Part shown: positions 17,930-29,556 of the stretch, in pieces
Position numbering within the stretch: the first letter of the stretch is position 1
How the letters are laid out: each line of letters begins with the position of its first letter
Origin: Longimicrobiaceae bacterium
Lineage (GTDB): Bacteria; Gemmatimonadota; Gemmatimonadetes; Longimicrobiales; Longimicrobiaceae
Direction of reading: 5' to 3'
DNA: 64,000 nt
NCBI GenBank assembly: GCA_035690925.1
Contig: DASSKB010000141.1
Coordinates: forward strand, 663 to 64,662
The notes under the pieces: generated by a model
What the model was told of the DNA's origin: nothing
Database searches by the model: none
Seen by the model: only the letters and a program-made list of their open reading frames with translations
Position numbers and translations under genes: made by a program

Positions 17930-18547
17930 ATGCGAACGAAACTACCAAGCTCTACCTTGGATCTCATCCGCGCCCCCGACCAGGACCTGGTGACCGTCGC
18001 GCGCTCCGGCAGCGAGGCGGCGTATAGGGAGCTACTCGACCGCTATCAGCGGCCGGTATTTTCGCTCGTCTATCGGATGGTGCGCGATCGGGAGCTGGCG
18101 GAGGATATCGCCCAGGAGACGTTCGTGAAGGTGTTCAACAGCATCGACAGGTACGATCCGAAGTACAAATTCTCCAGCTGGATCTTCAAGATCGCAAGCA
18201 ATCTCTCGATCGACAATCTGCGCAAGCGCGGTCCCGAGATGGTGTCGCTGGAGGGCTCGCGCAATGCGCGCACAGCCGATGAGATGGAGTCGACGCGCAT
18301 CACCGTGGAATCGCGCGGCGAGAACCCTGAAGAGTTCCTGGAGGCGAAGGAACTGGGGACGGAAATCGAGGCGGCGATAGGCAGCCTGCGGCCCGACTAT
18401 CGCACAGCCGTGATCCTGCGGCACGTCGAAGGGCGGCCGTACGAGGAGATTGCCGAGATAATGGGAGTGCCGCTCGGGACAGTAAAAACGTACATCCACC
18501 GGGCGCGGAGCGAGCTCAGGGAAACGCTCGCTCACCTCAGGTGCTGA
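17930..18547 (+). CDS. ECF (group 4) RNA polymerase sigma factor
   Basis: Region 2 (YRELLDRYQRPVFSLVYRMVRDRELAEDIAQETFVKV, FSSWIFKIASN) and region 4 (YRTAVILRHVEGRPYEEIAEIMGVPLGTVKTYIHRAR). Confidence 0.9.
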   Translation: MRTKLPSSTLDLIRAPDQDLVTVARSGSEAAYRELLDRYQRPVFSLVYRMVRDRELAEDIAQETFVKVFNSIDRYDPKYKFSSWIFKIASNLSIDNLRKRGPEMVSLEGSRNARTADEMESTRITVESRGENPEEFLEAKELGTEIEAAIGSLRPDYRTAVILRHVEGRPYEEIAEIMGVPLGTVKTYIHRARSELRETLAHLRC

Positions 18548-18585
18548 CCTGAAACTTTCCGGCGAAGTTTTTCGTAAGTCTCACT

Positions 18586-19245
18586 ATGAAGGACCCCTTT
18601 CAAGGGAGAAAACCCGTGACGAGATCGTTGAATCACCTGACTGACTGGCAGATCGAGCAGCTTGCCGAGGGAGAACTCCCCGAGGCGGAGAGGCAGACTG
18701 CGTCGGCTCACCTGGACTCGTGTGGCCGCTGTAGCGCCGAGGTCGACTCGTATCGGATACTGTTTACCTCGCTCTCCACACTGCCGCGCTATGCGCCCTC
18801 CGATAATTTCTCGGAGGCCGTTCTGGCACGGGTGAACGTCGCCCCGCGAACTTCTCCGGTGCTGGCCTGGCTGCGACGCTTCGCGCCGACCACCAGGCGC
18901 GGTTGGGGGGTCCTGCTCGGGCTCGCGGCCCTTCCGGCCGCGCCGGTCGTCATGCTGGTCGGATGGCTTCTGTCTCAGCCGCTCGTATCCGTCGGCTCGC
19001 TCTGGGGCTGGACACTGGCTGAGTCCCAGGCCGCCGCGGCTGACGCGTTCGGCGTAGCCAGGGGCTGGGTGGGTCAGGCGGCAAACTTCGATTTCGTTAA
19101 CCTTGCCGCGGCGACGGCCTCCACGGTACCAACGGGTGCCGTCGTCGCGATAATCGTATTTCTGGCAATCGCGATCCCGCTTTCCGCGTGGTCGTTGCAT
19201 CGCCTCCTTCGTACGCCCACGGGTAATGTGGCATATGCGAACTGA
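18586..19245 (+). CDS. Anti-sigma factor, zf-HC2 (ZAS) type, membrane-anchored
   Basis: H-x3-C-x2-C motif HLDSCGRCSAEV immediately downstream of the ECF sigma. Hydrophobic segments follow. Confidence 0.7.
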   Translation: MKDPFQGRKPVTRSLNHLTDWQIEQLAEGELPEAERQTASAHLDSCGRCSAEVDSYRILFTSLSTLPRYAPSDNFSEAVLARVNVAPRTSPVLAWLRRFAPTTRRGWGVLLGLAALPAAPVVMLVGWLLSQPLVSVGSLWGWTLAESQAAAADAFGVARGWVGQAANFDFVNLAAATASTVPTGAVVAIIVFLAIAIPLSAWSLHRLLRTPTGNVAYAN

Positions 19246-19249
19246 TAAA

Positions 19250-20374
19250 ATGAACAACGTACTGCACCGGGCCGGCATCCTGCTGCTCATCATTGGCAGC
19301 ATGACGGCACCCAACACGCTCGGGGCCCAGGATACCGCCGCCCGGATAGCCGAGACAACTACCCGCATCTCGGAGGACGCCGATCACGTCATCACCGGCG
19401 ATCGCACCATCGAGGCGGGCGAGGTGGTGGAGGACATCGTGGTTGTCGGCGGTGACCTCACCATCTTCGGCGAGGTTACCGGCGACGCGGTAGTGGTCGG
19501 CGGCGACATGATTCTCGGTGAAACCGCCACCGTTCTGGGCGATGTCACAGTCACCGGCGGCGAGATAATAAGGAACGGCGGCCGTGTGCGCGGCGAGATG
19601 AGGGTCATCGACGGCATGGCGGCCAACGCCATCGCCGGCGCCGCCAGCGTGGCGGCTACGGAAGCTATGGCCGAGCATGCCCGCGAGATGGCGCGCAACC
19701 AGAACTCCGATCGTGAACGCTCCTGGTGGGATCCTATCCAGGAGGGGATCGCCGGCCTGATATCCACCTTCGCTCTTGGTCTCGTGCTCGCGGGAATAGG
19801 TGCCGCGATAGTGTTCTACGGGCAGTCGCACCTGGATACTATAAGCGACACTCTGCGCACCTCGACGGGCCGTTCGGTAGCGGTGGGCCTTGCGTCAGCG
19901 TTCCTGGTCGTGCCCTTCTTCGTGGTCATGATAGTCGCGCTCGCGGTTTCCATTGTCGGCATTCCCTTCCTCCTGGTGGCGGTCCCTCTCTACCCGCTCG
20001 TGGTGGTCGCGGGAGGAACGGTAGGCCTCATAGCCGCTGCCCACGCCATAGGCGAGCGGACGGCGGATCAGGGTCGCGACCGGATGGACCTGCGTTACCG
20101 GAACTCGTACGCGTACCTGTTCACGGGCCTGGCGATGATGCTCACGCCACTACTGATAGCCGATCTCCTGGAAATGACCGGTTTCCTGGGGTTCATCGGG
20201 TCTCTGCTCCAGTTCGTGACGGTCCTGGTGATAATCGGGGCGACGCTCGCGGGCTTCGGTGCGGTTATCCTCTCACGGGCCGGCACGCGCCGCACCTTCG
20301 TGCGCACGGGTCCCGACCCGATCTTCGACGACACGCTTTTTGACGAGGCCAGTTCACCAGATTCTCATGTTTAA
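19250..20374 (+). CDS. Membrane protein with N-terminal exported bactofilin-like (polymer-forming cytoskeletal) repeat domain and C-terminal multi-TM domain
   Basis: Signal-like MNNVLHRAGILLLIIGSMTAPNTLGAQ. Beta-helical repeats GDRTIEAGEVVEDIVVVGGDLTIFGEVTGDAVVVGGDMILGETATVLGDVTVTGGEI. At least 5 hydrophobic helices follow. Confidence 0.6.
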   Translation: MNNVLHRAGILLLIIGSMTAPNTLGAQDTAARIAETTTRISEDADHVITGDRTIEAGEVVEDIVVVGGDLTIFGEVTGDAVVVGGDMILGETATVLGDVTVTGGEIIRNGGRVRGEMRVIDGMAANAIAGAASVAATEAMAEHAREMARNQNSDRERSWWDPIQEGIAGLISTFALGLVLAGIGAAIVFYGQSHLDTISDTLRTSTGRSVAVGLASAFLVVPFFVVMIVALAVSIVGIPFLLVAVPLYPLVVVAGGTVGLIAAAHAIGERTADQGRDRMDLRYRNSYAYLFTGLAMMLTPLLIADLLEMTGFLGFIGSLLQFVTVLVIIGATLAGFGAVILSRAGTRRTFVRTGPDPIFDDTLFDEASSPDSHV

Positions 20375-21230
20375 CAACTTGCGATCCATAAGACTTATCG
20401 CCACATCGACCATCCTGTTCGCGGCAGTAGCCACGGTCGCTCCGGCGGCCGCACAGAGCTGGCAAACGGTCAACTCCTCGCGCCAGCGATGGGACGAAAC
20501 GCAACTCGACGTTTCCATCGAGTACGGAGCCGGTGAACTGACGATAGTTGCCGCCGACGATCCACTTCTCTACGAGATGGAGATGCGCTACGACGAGGAC
20601 GAGTTCACGCCGATCGCGAAGTACGATCCGGACGCTGAAACGCTCGTGCTGGGCCTGGACGACCGGAACAACGGATCAACCCAGATCCATGGTGATGAGT
20701 CGAGGGCCGAGATTGCACTGACGCGGGAGATTCCTGTGGATCTGGATCTCGATTTCGGAGCTGGCGAGGCCGATGTCGATCTCGGCGGGATCTCACTGCG
20801 CAGCCTCGACTTCTCCACTGGGGCGAGCGAGACGACCGTCCGATTCAGCGAGCCGAACGCGATTCGAGCGGAGATGCTCAGTCTGGAGGCCGGCGCCGCC
20901 GAGTTCACCGTGGTAGGCCTGGGGAACGCCCGCGCTGAACACATCGACTTTCAGGGCGGAGTCGGCTCTACCACGCTGGATTTTTCGGGTGAATGGGCCG
21001 CCGACGCAAGCGCTAATGTCCAGATGGGTATCGGCTCGCTCGTCCTGCGATTCCCGCGAGATCTCGGGATTCGCCTGGAGAAGGATTCGTTTTTGACGAG
21101 CTTTGACGGCGATGGACTGGTGAAGCGGGGAGGGGCGTATTACAGCACTAATTGGGACAGTGCCGAGCACCAGCTCAGCATAACTGTCGACGCGGCATTC
21201 GGCTCGATTGATGTCGAGTGGATTCAGTAA
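20367..21230 (+). CDS. Secreted toastrack/LiaF-C-like (DUF2154/DUF4097-type) beta-rich protein
   Basis: Signal peptide MFNNLRSIRLIATSTILFAAVATVAPAAAQ. Repeated G.G/G.A strand units follow (EYGAGELTIV, DFGAGEADVDLGG, EAGAAEFTV, QGGVGSTTLDF, QMGIGSLVLRF, AAFGSIDVEW). 8-nt overlap with the upstream gene. Confidence 0.55.
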   Translation: MFNNLRSIRLIATSTILFAAVATVAPAAAQSWQTVNSSRQRWDETQLDVSIEYGAGELTIVAADDPLLYEMEMRYDEDEFTPIAKYDPDAETLVLGLDDRNNGSTQIHGDESRAEIALTREIPVDLDLDFGAGEADVDLGGISLRSLDFSTGASETTVRFSEPNAIRAEMLSLEAGAAEFTVVGLGNARAEHIDFQGGVGSTTLDFSGEWAADASANVQMGIGSLVLRFPRDLGIRLEKDSFLTSFDGDGLVKRGGAYYSTNWDSAEHQLSITVDAAFGSIDVEWIQ

Positions 21231-21251
21231 CCCTGGAGAAGGAGAAATAAA

Positions 21252-21485
21252 ATGTTAGGCACACTACTCACTCTTTTCCTCGTTGGACTGGTTGGCCTTA
21301 TCGCGATCGGCGCAGTCATGGCCGTGCTGGGCTCGGTCCTCGGGATGGCATTCGGACTGGCAGGATTCCTCCTGTTCAAGGTCGCCCCGATAGTGTTCGT
21401 AGGCTGGGTCGTGCTCAAGGTCGTCGAGCGCGTCCGCAACGGTCGCCAGATCTCCGCCGCGGACCAGCGCTGGCTGGACAGCTAG
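21252..21485 (+). CDS. Small membrane protein (77 aa), function unknown
   Basis: Two or three hydrophobic helices followed by a basic tail, RVRNGRQISAADQRWLDS. GGAGAAGGAG lies upstream of the ATG. Confidence 0.5.
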   Translation: MLGTLLTLFLVGLVGLIAIGAVMAVLGSVLGMAFGLAGFLLFKVAPIVFVGWVVLKVVERVRNGRQISAADQRWLDS

Positions 21486-21494
21486 GCATTAAAA

Positions 21495-22601
21495 TTAAGA
21501 ATTCAACGCCTCCACCACCCGCCGTGCTACCTCGCGAAGAGCGTGGCCGGCGGGTGAGTCGGGTTGGGATAGGACCACTGGCACTCCCGCATCACCGCTC
21601 GTTCTCACCGCAACCTCTATCGGCACCTCACCCAGGAAGGCGGTCCCTGTAGACTCCGCCAACCGCACCCCCCCGCCCTTGCCGAACAGGTCGTAGGTCT
21701 CGCCGCACCCCGGACAGACGAAGCCGCTCATATTCTCGACAACGCCGAGGACGCGGGTGTTCACGCGCTCGAACATCTTGCTCGCGCGGAGGACATCGCC
21801 AGTCGCTACGTCCTGCGGCGTCGTCACCATCACCACACCGTCCAGATTCACTGTCTGTACGAGCGAAAGTTGGGCGTCGCCGGTGCCCGGCGGCATGTCC
21901 ACAATGAGGTAGTCGAGCTCACCCCACTGTACCTGCTCCAGGAACTGCTTGAGGATCCCGGAGATGAGTGGGCCGCGCATTATAGCCGGCTGTGCATCCT
22001 CCAGTAGTAGCCCCAGGCTCATGAGGCGGATCCCGTGTGCCTCGAGCGCCTCGATCATCTCGGCGCCCTTGGTCCCCGTGACCTGCGGCTTACGGCGCTC
22101 ACCCAGCATTATCGGGACGTTGGGACCGTATACATCGGCATCCAAAAGACCCACGCGTTTGCCGTCCATCACCAGCGCCGCGGCCAGATTCACCGCTACC
22201 GTGCTCTTCCCCACCCCACCCTTGCCAGAGCTCACCGCTATGATGCGGTCAACGTTCGGAAGCAGATCCGGTACCGGTGTCGGTGCGGGTACCGACCCGG
22301 GCCTGAGCGGCGATTTGGAGGAGGGTTTCGGCTTCTCAGCACCCGACGCGGCCGGCAGGGCTACATCTATTTTCACCTGTTCCACCCCCTCGACCGCCTC
22401 CGCCGCGCCGCGCGCCTGCCGAACCAGCGTGCCTGGATCGTCGGGTTGCAGGGCAAACTTGAACTTCACCAGTCCCCCTTCGGTCGCCTGCAGCTCGCGA
22501 ACCCGGCCTGAGGAAACCACATCGTCACCTGAGCGCTGATCCACTACCTGGGTAAGCGCGGCTGCAACTCGTCGAAGAAGCTGATCGCTCTTGGAGCTCA
22601 T
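21495..22601 (-). CDS. Mrp/ApbC/NBP35-family Fe-S cluster carrier ATPase
   Basis: N-terminal DUF59-like domain, deviant Walker A SGKGGVGKST, and CPGCG cluster-binding motif. Confidence 0.9.
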   Translation of the reverse strand: MSSKSDQLLRRVAAALTQVVDQRSGDDVVSSGRVRELQATEGGLVKFKFALQPDDPGTLVRQARGAAEAVEGVEQVKIDVALPAASGAEKPKPSSKSPLRPGSVPAPTPVPDLLPNVDRIIAVSSGKGGVGKSTVAVNLAAALVMDGKRVGLLDADVYGPNVPIMLGERRKPQVTGTKGAEMIEALEAHGIRLMSLGLLLEDAQPAIMRGPLISGILKQFLEQVQWGELDYLIVDMPPGTGDAQLSLVQTVNLDGVVMVTTPQDVATGDVLRASKMFERVNTRVLGVVENMSGFVCPGCGETYDLFGKGGGVRLAESTGTAFLGEVPIEVAVRTSGDAGVPVVLSQPDSPAGHALREVARRVVEALNS

Positions 22602-22630
22602 GAAATATTAGCTACTGGAAAGGACGGCTG

Positions 22631-22660
22631 AAAAAAACCGACGCCTGTGAGGAGCGTCGG
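22631..22660 (-). terminator. Rho-independent terminator downstream of the nfu-like gene
   Basis: On the minus strand: ccgacgc-tcctcacag-gcgtcgg (7-bp GC stem) followed by TTTTTTT (plus-strand aaaaaaa at 22631-22637). It lies 41 nt after the nfu stop. Confidence 0.6.
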
Positions 22661-22700
22661 CGGAAGGGGCTGAACGTTCACCCCGCTGAAGGAGACGGCA

Positions 22701-22931
22701 TCAGACCGCCTGAACCTCGCGCACCTCGGGGACGGCCGCTTTGATGCGCCGCTCGATGCCGTGCTTCACCGTAAGCGACGATATCGGGCAGGCACCGCAC
22801 GCGCCTACCAGGCGAAGCTGGACAACTCCGTCCTGATCGTTGAAGTCGATGAACTCGACGTCACCGCCATCCACATGCAGAGCCGGGCGGATGGTCTCGA
22901 GAGAGGTCTCGATCCGGTCCCGAATTGTCAT
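22701..22931 (-). CDS. NifU C-terminal-domain (Nfu-type) Fe-S scaffold protein
   Basis: IRPALHVDGGDVEF...GACGACPIS...TVKHGIERRIK. Start taken at ATG 22931. Confidence 0.85.
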   Translation of the reverse strand: MTIRDRIETSLETIRPALHVDGGDVEFIDFNDQDGVVQLRLVGACGACPISSLTVKHGIERRIKAAVPEVREVQAV

Positions 22932-23098
22932 ATGTGCCTCCGCCGCACGGGTGAGTCGATGTAACGCCAGCAAGTTACTCCACAGCAGGGGCCGGGTCAA
23001 CCCTGGGACACCGCGATCGGGGAGGGCGGAGAGGTGGCGAAAGCTCTGTTACCGCACTACCTTCACCTGTTCTGGACGTCAACCACAGGAGAACTTAC

Positions 23099-24727
23099 AT
23101 GAGCAGAATATCCAGCGTTCCGACCCCGCGGAACGAGCCGGTTCTAACCTACGCACCAGGCAGCGCCGAGCGCGCCGCACTGAAATCCCGATTGGACGAA
23201 ATGGCGGGGGAAAAGATCGAAATCCCTCTGATCATCGGTGGCCGTGAGGTCCGGACTGGCGACGTCCACGACGTCGTCATGCCGCACGACCACTCACACG
23301 TCCTCGCGAGCGCCCATCGCGCAGGCGAGGACGAGGTGCGCGAGGCCATAAGATCGGCTGTGGAGTCGCAGCGCGAGTGGGCGAGCTGGGCATGGGAGGA
23401 TCGTGTGGCGGTCTTCCTCCGCGCGGCCGACCTGCTTGCCACCCGTTGGCGCGCGACGCTCAACGCGGCCACCATGCTGGGCCAGGGGAAGACCGCCCAT
23501 CAAGCCGAGATAGACAGCGCGTGCGAGCTCATCGACTTCTGGCGATTCAACGCCCACTTCACGCGGCAGATCCTCGAGGAACAGCCGGAGTCGTCACCAG
23601 GCGTGTGGAACCGACTCGAGCACCGACCGCTCGAGGGCTTCATCTACGCCATCACGCCTTTCAACTTCACTGCAATCGCAGGCAACCTCCCCACGGCGCC
23701 AGCCATGCTGGGCAATGTGGCGGTCTGGAAGCCGTCCGATTCGGCGCTCCTGAGCGGCTATTACCTGATGAAGCTGCTGGAGGAGGCTGGGCTGCCGCCA
23801 GGCGTAGTGAACTTCATCCCCGGCGAGCCGCGGATGGTGACCCGTCTGGCCCTGGAAAGCCGCGACCTCGCGGGTGTGCACTTCACCGGCTCCACGACGG
23901 TCTTCCGCTCGCTCTGGAAGGGCGTGGGCGATAGGATCGAGAGCTACCGGTCGTATCCCCGCCTGGTCGGCGAGACCGGCGGCAAGGATTTCATCGTGGC
24001 ACACCCCAGCGCGGACCCGAATGCGGTTGCCACCGCCATAGTCCGCGGCGGGTTTGAGTATCAGGGACAGAAATGCAGCGCGGCATCACGCGTGTACGTA
24101 CCGGAGTCGCTGTGGTCATCCGTCGAGAAGCATACGCTCGGCATGATGAAGGAGATCCGGGTTGGCGATCCACGCGACTTCCGCAGTTTCATGGGCGCGG
24201 TCATCAACAGAACCGCGTACGACAAGATCGTAGGTTACATCGACCATGCGAAGGAGGCCGATGGCGTTGAGATTCTCGCGGGCGGCACGTACAGCGACGA
24301 TAAGGGATACTTTGTGGATCCGACGCTGGTAAAGGTCGATGACCCGAGGTATCGCCTCATGTGCGAGGAGGTCTTCGGACCCGTGGTCACCGTGTACGTC
24401 TATCCTGACGACCAGTGGAAGGAGATTCTCGGGATTGTCGACGAGACCACGCCTTACGCTCTGACCGGGGCCGTGTTCGCCAGGGAGCGCTCCGCAATAA
24501 GAGAGGCGGGCACCGCACTGAGGCACGCCGCGGGCAACTATTACATCAACGACAAGCCGACCGGCGCGGTCGTTGGCCAGCAACCGTTCGGCGGCGGCCG
24601 CGCCAGCGGCACCAACGACAAGGCCGGCTCGATTCTCAACCTGCTGCGGTGGGTGAGTCCGCGAACCATCAAGGAAACCCTCACGCCACCACACGGTTTC
24701 GCGTATCCGTCAATGGATGAGAAATAG
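23099..24727 (+). CDS. pruA: L-glutamate gamma-semialdehyde (1-pyrroline-5-carboxylate) dehydrogenase
   Basis: Aldehyde dehydrogenase fold with ETGGKDF, catalytic Cys in YQGQKCSAASR, and C-terminal FGGGRASGTNDKAGS, typical of the PruA/RocA type. Confidence 0.9.
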   Translation: MSRISSVPTPRNEPVLTYAPGSAERAALKSRLDEMAGEKIEIPLIIGGREVRTGDVHDVVMPHDHSHVLASAHRAGEDEVREAIRSAVESQREWASWAWEDRVAVFLRAADLLATRWRATLNAATMLGQGKTAHQAEIDSACELIDFWRFNAHFTRQILEEQPESSPGVWNRLEHRPLEGFIYAITPFNFTAIAGNLPTAPAMLGNVAVWKPSDSALLSGYYLMKLLEEAGLPPGVVNFIPGEPRMVTRLALESRDLAGVHFTGSTTVFRSLWKGVGDRIESYRSYPRLVGETGGKDFIVAHPSADPNAVATAIVRGGFEYQGQKCSAASRVYVPESLWSSVEKHTLGMMKEIRVGDPRDFRSFMGAVINRTAYDKIVGYIDHAKEADGVEILAGGTYSDDKGYFVDPTLVKVDDPRYRLMCEEVFGPVVTVYVYPDDQWKEILGIVDETTPYALTGAVFARERSAIREAGTALRHAAGNYYINDKPTGAVVGQQPFGGGRASGTNDKAGSILNLLRWVSPRTIKETLTPPHGFAYPSMDEK

Positions 24728-24768
24728 ATAGCGATGGTGCGATGCGAACCGTCAACATTCTGAACTGA

Positions 24769-27402
<2,634 letters not shown>

Positions 27403-27416
27403 TTTGTAGAGTGACC

Positions 27417-27815
27417 CTACTTAACTTCCAACTGTCGCTCAAAGGTCACAACATCCCCGCCGAAGTCTTGTCGCCCCTTCACGATAAGGTTTGCTGTACC
27501 GGGTTCATCCACACGAATGGAGGCCGTGTGCGTAAATACTTGCGGCGACTGTGCGCAAAGGGACCCGTCCTCCGTAATAATATCATACGGAATCACGATT
27601 ATATTCAGACCATCGACTTCGACCTCAGTTTCGCCCATCCTCGCGCATCCATTTCTCCACCCCGTTTGAATTGACACGGTAAAACCTTCTCCTACTGCCA
27701 CGTTCGCTGGGACCTCGATCTCCTGAATTATCCCGGCGACTCGCTCGTCACCCGTATCAAAAGGGCCGCGACAGCCGAAGAAGAAGAGCGCGAGCAACAA
27801 AATCGAATGACGCAT
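27417..27815 (-). CDS. Lipoprotein, function unknown
   Basis: Lipobox LALFFFGCRG. The gene is visibly lower in GC than its neighbours. I recognise no motif. Confidence 0.5.
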   Translation of the reverse strand: MRHSILLLALFFFGCRGPFDTGDERVAGIIQEIEVPANVAVGEGFTVSIQTGWRNGCARMGETEVEVDGLNIIVIPYDIITEDGSLCAQSPQVFTHTASIRVDEPGTANLIVKGRQDFGGDVVTFERQLEVK

Positions 27816-27850
27816 GGCAAGGCTTTCTGAGTGGAAGACTTGGATGAGAG

Positions 27851-28120
27851 CTAACCCGCGCCGGGCAGATTCCGATCACGTAATCGATCGAGTGCCGCAC
27901 GGGCCTTCTCCTTTGCGGCGTGCGTTTCTTCAGCGCTAACGCGAAAGGCGACGAGTCGCTCGTCGTCTTGCGTCGAAACGCTGACCCGAAGGACATCACC
28001 CTCGCGAGTAACTTCCGGCAGCATCCAGCGTGGTAGATCCAGCATCTGACCTTCCACATCCACGACCGCGAGATCTCCTTCGAAGCGGTCCACCACCATG
28101 CGATGCACGTCGGCGCTCAT
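27851..28120 (-). CDS. DUF3006-like small protein
   Basis: VVDRFEGDLAVVDVEGQMLDLPRWMLPEVTREGDVLRV matches my recollection of the DUF3006 pattern (iDRfEgd.AVle..g....lp...LP...kEGDvl). Confidence 0.6.
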   Translation of the reverse strand: MSADVHRMVVDRFEGDLAVVDVEGQMLDLPRWMLPEVTREGDVLRVSVSTQDDERLVAFRVSAEETHAAKEKARAALDRLRDRNLPGAG

Positions 28121-28126
28121 CAGACC

Positions 28127-29155
28127 TTAAACTGCCGCTCCCGCCACTGAATCGGCGAGGAACCGTTCGGCCAGCTCTACGTGCTCTGTGGCGCCCATAT
28201 ATAGCGGCGTACGCTGGTGCAGCGATTCGGGTTTGAGGTCCAGAATCCGCCGCTCGCCGTCCGACGCGCTCCCGCCGGCCTGCTCCATTATCATGGCCAT
28301 TGGAGCCGCCTCGTAGAGCAGGCGCAGCTTGCCGTTGGGGATCTTCGAGCTCGCGGGATACATGAACAGTCCGCCGTAGAGTATCGTGCGGTGGATATCG
28401 GCGACCATGGACCCTACGTAGCGCGCGTTGAACGGCCTGGCATTCTCGCCGTCCACACCTTTGAGGTGATCCACTAAGCGCCTCTGGTTCTCCGACCAGC
28501 ACGCATAATGCCCTTCGTTCGTGCTGTAGATACGCTGACCGGCGGCGGGAATCTTCATGTTGGGGTGCGACAGCAGGAACTCGCCAATCGACGGCTCGAG
28601 CGTGAATCCGTGCACCCCATTGCCCGTGGTGTAGACGAGCATGGTAGACGAACCGTAAAGCACGTATCCGGCGGCGACCTGCTTCGATCCCGGCTGAAGA
28701 CAATCCTCGATGGTGCCGCGCGGCGTATTGGAGATCTTCCTGTGGATGGCGAAGATCGTCCCCACGGAAATGTTCGCTTCGATGTTGGACGACCCGTCCA
28801 GCGGATCGAACACGAGACAGTACTTCCCGCTCGGGAAACGGTCGGGGATTTCTATAATCTCCTCGGACTCCTCCGACGCCATCGCGCAGAGCTGACCGTT
28901 GTGGTCAAGAGCGCGATAGATAACGTCGTGCGCGTACTCGTCCAGCTTCTTAACCGTCTCGCCGTGCACGTTTGTGCCACCGGTGTTGCCGAGAATGTCG
29001 GCGAGGCCCGCCCTGCGCACTTCACGGCTGATCATCTTGGCGGCCAGGGCGATGTCGTTCAGCAGATTGCTGAACGCACCCGTGGCTTCCGGGTGGCGCC
29101 TCTCGGCCTCGATAATGTGTCGTTCGATGGTTACGACGGATCGTTCGGCCGACAT
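28127..29155 (-). CDS. fbp: Fructose-1,6-bisphosphatase class 1
   Basis: Class I FBPase motifs: FDPLDGSSNI, GSSTMLVYT, YEAAPMAMIMEQAGG. Confidence 0.95.
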   Translation of the reverse strand: MSAERSVVTIERHIIEAERRHPEATGAFSNLLNDIALAAKMISREVRRAGLADILGNTGGTNVHGETVKKLDEYAHDVIYRALDHNGQLCAMASEESEEIIEIPDRFPSGKYCLVFDPLDGSSNIEANISVGTIFAIHRKISNTPRGTIEDCLQPGSKQVAAGYVLYGSSTMLVYTTGNGVHGFTLEPSIGEFLLSHPNMKIPAAGQRIYSTNEGHYACWSENQRRLVDHLKGVDGENARPFNARYVGSMVADIHRTILYGGLFMYPASSKIPNGKLRLLYEAAPMAMIMEQAGGSASDGERRILDLKPESLHQRTPLYMGATEHVELAERFLADSVAGAAV

Positions 29156-29166
29156 GTCATCTCCAT

Positions 29167-29556
29167 TCAGGGATATATGCCCGTGGAGGCCTCTGCCTCA
29201 CGTGCCTCGCGCTCGTATGCATTCTGCCGATACCCGTGGCGGAGAGTTTCCGTGGTGTACCGGAGCGCGAACAAAGGAACTTCCGACCACTGCCGAACGT
29301 GAGCCAGCTCGTGCCTGAGGAGCGAGTCGGTCAGTCGCGCCTCAGGGTGTACGATGATGGTCCGGCCGAGTGTCACTGCCGCGGCCGGTCGCGGCATGCG
29401 CGCCAGCCACCCACCCAACTTGGGTAGGAGTCTCCCCTCCCGTAGGACGACCCCATCCGGAATACCTTGGTAGGGCATTCGATCGGAAGGGAGGGGTCTG
29501 CCAAGGACGAGGCTCACCGCACTTTCGATGATGCTCATGGAACTATCCGCTCCCAA
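29167..29556 (-). CDS. Small DUF4157-like HExxH protein
   Basis: AAAVTLGRTIIVHPE...LLRHELAHVRQW resembles the DUF4157 core (A.T.G..I.f......LLaHELtHV.Q). Its 5' end overlaps the comEC 3' end by 22 nt. Confidence 0.5.
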   Translation of the reverse strand: MGADSSMSIIESAVSLVLGRPLPSDRMPYQGIPDGVVLREGRLLPKLGGWLARMPRPAAAVTLGRTIIVHPEARLTDSLLRHELAHVRQWSEVPLFALRYTTETLRHGYRQNAYEREAREAEASTGIYP

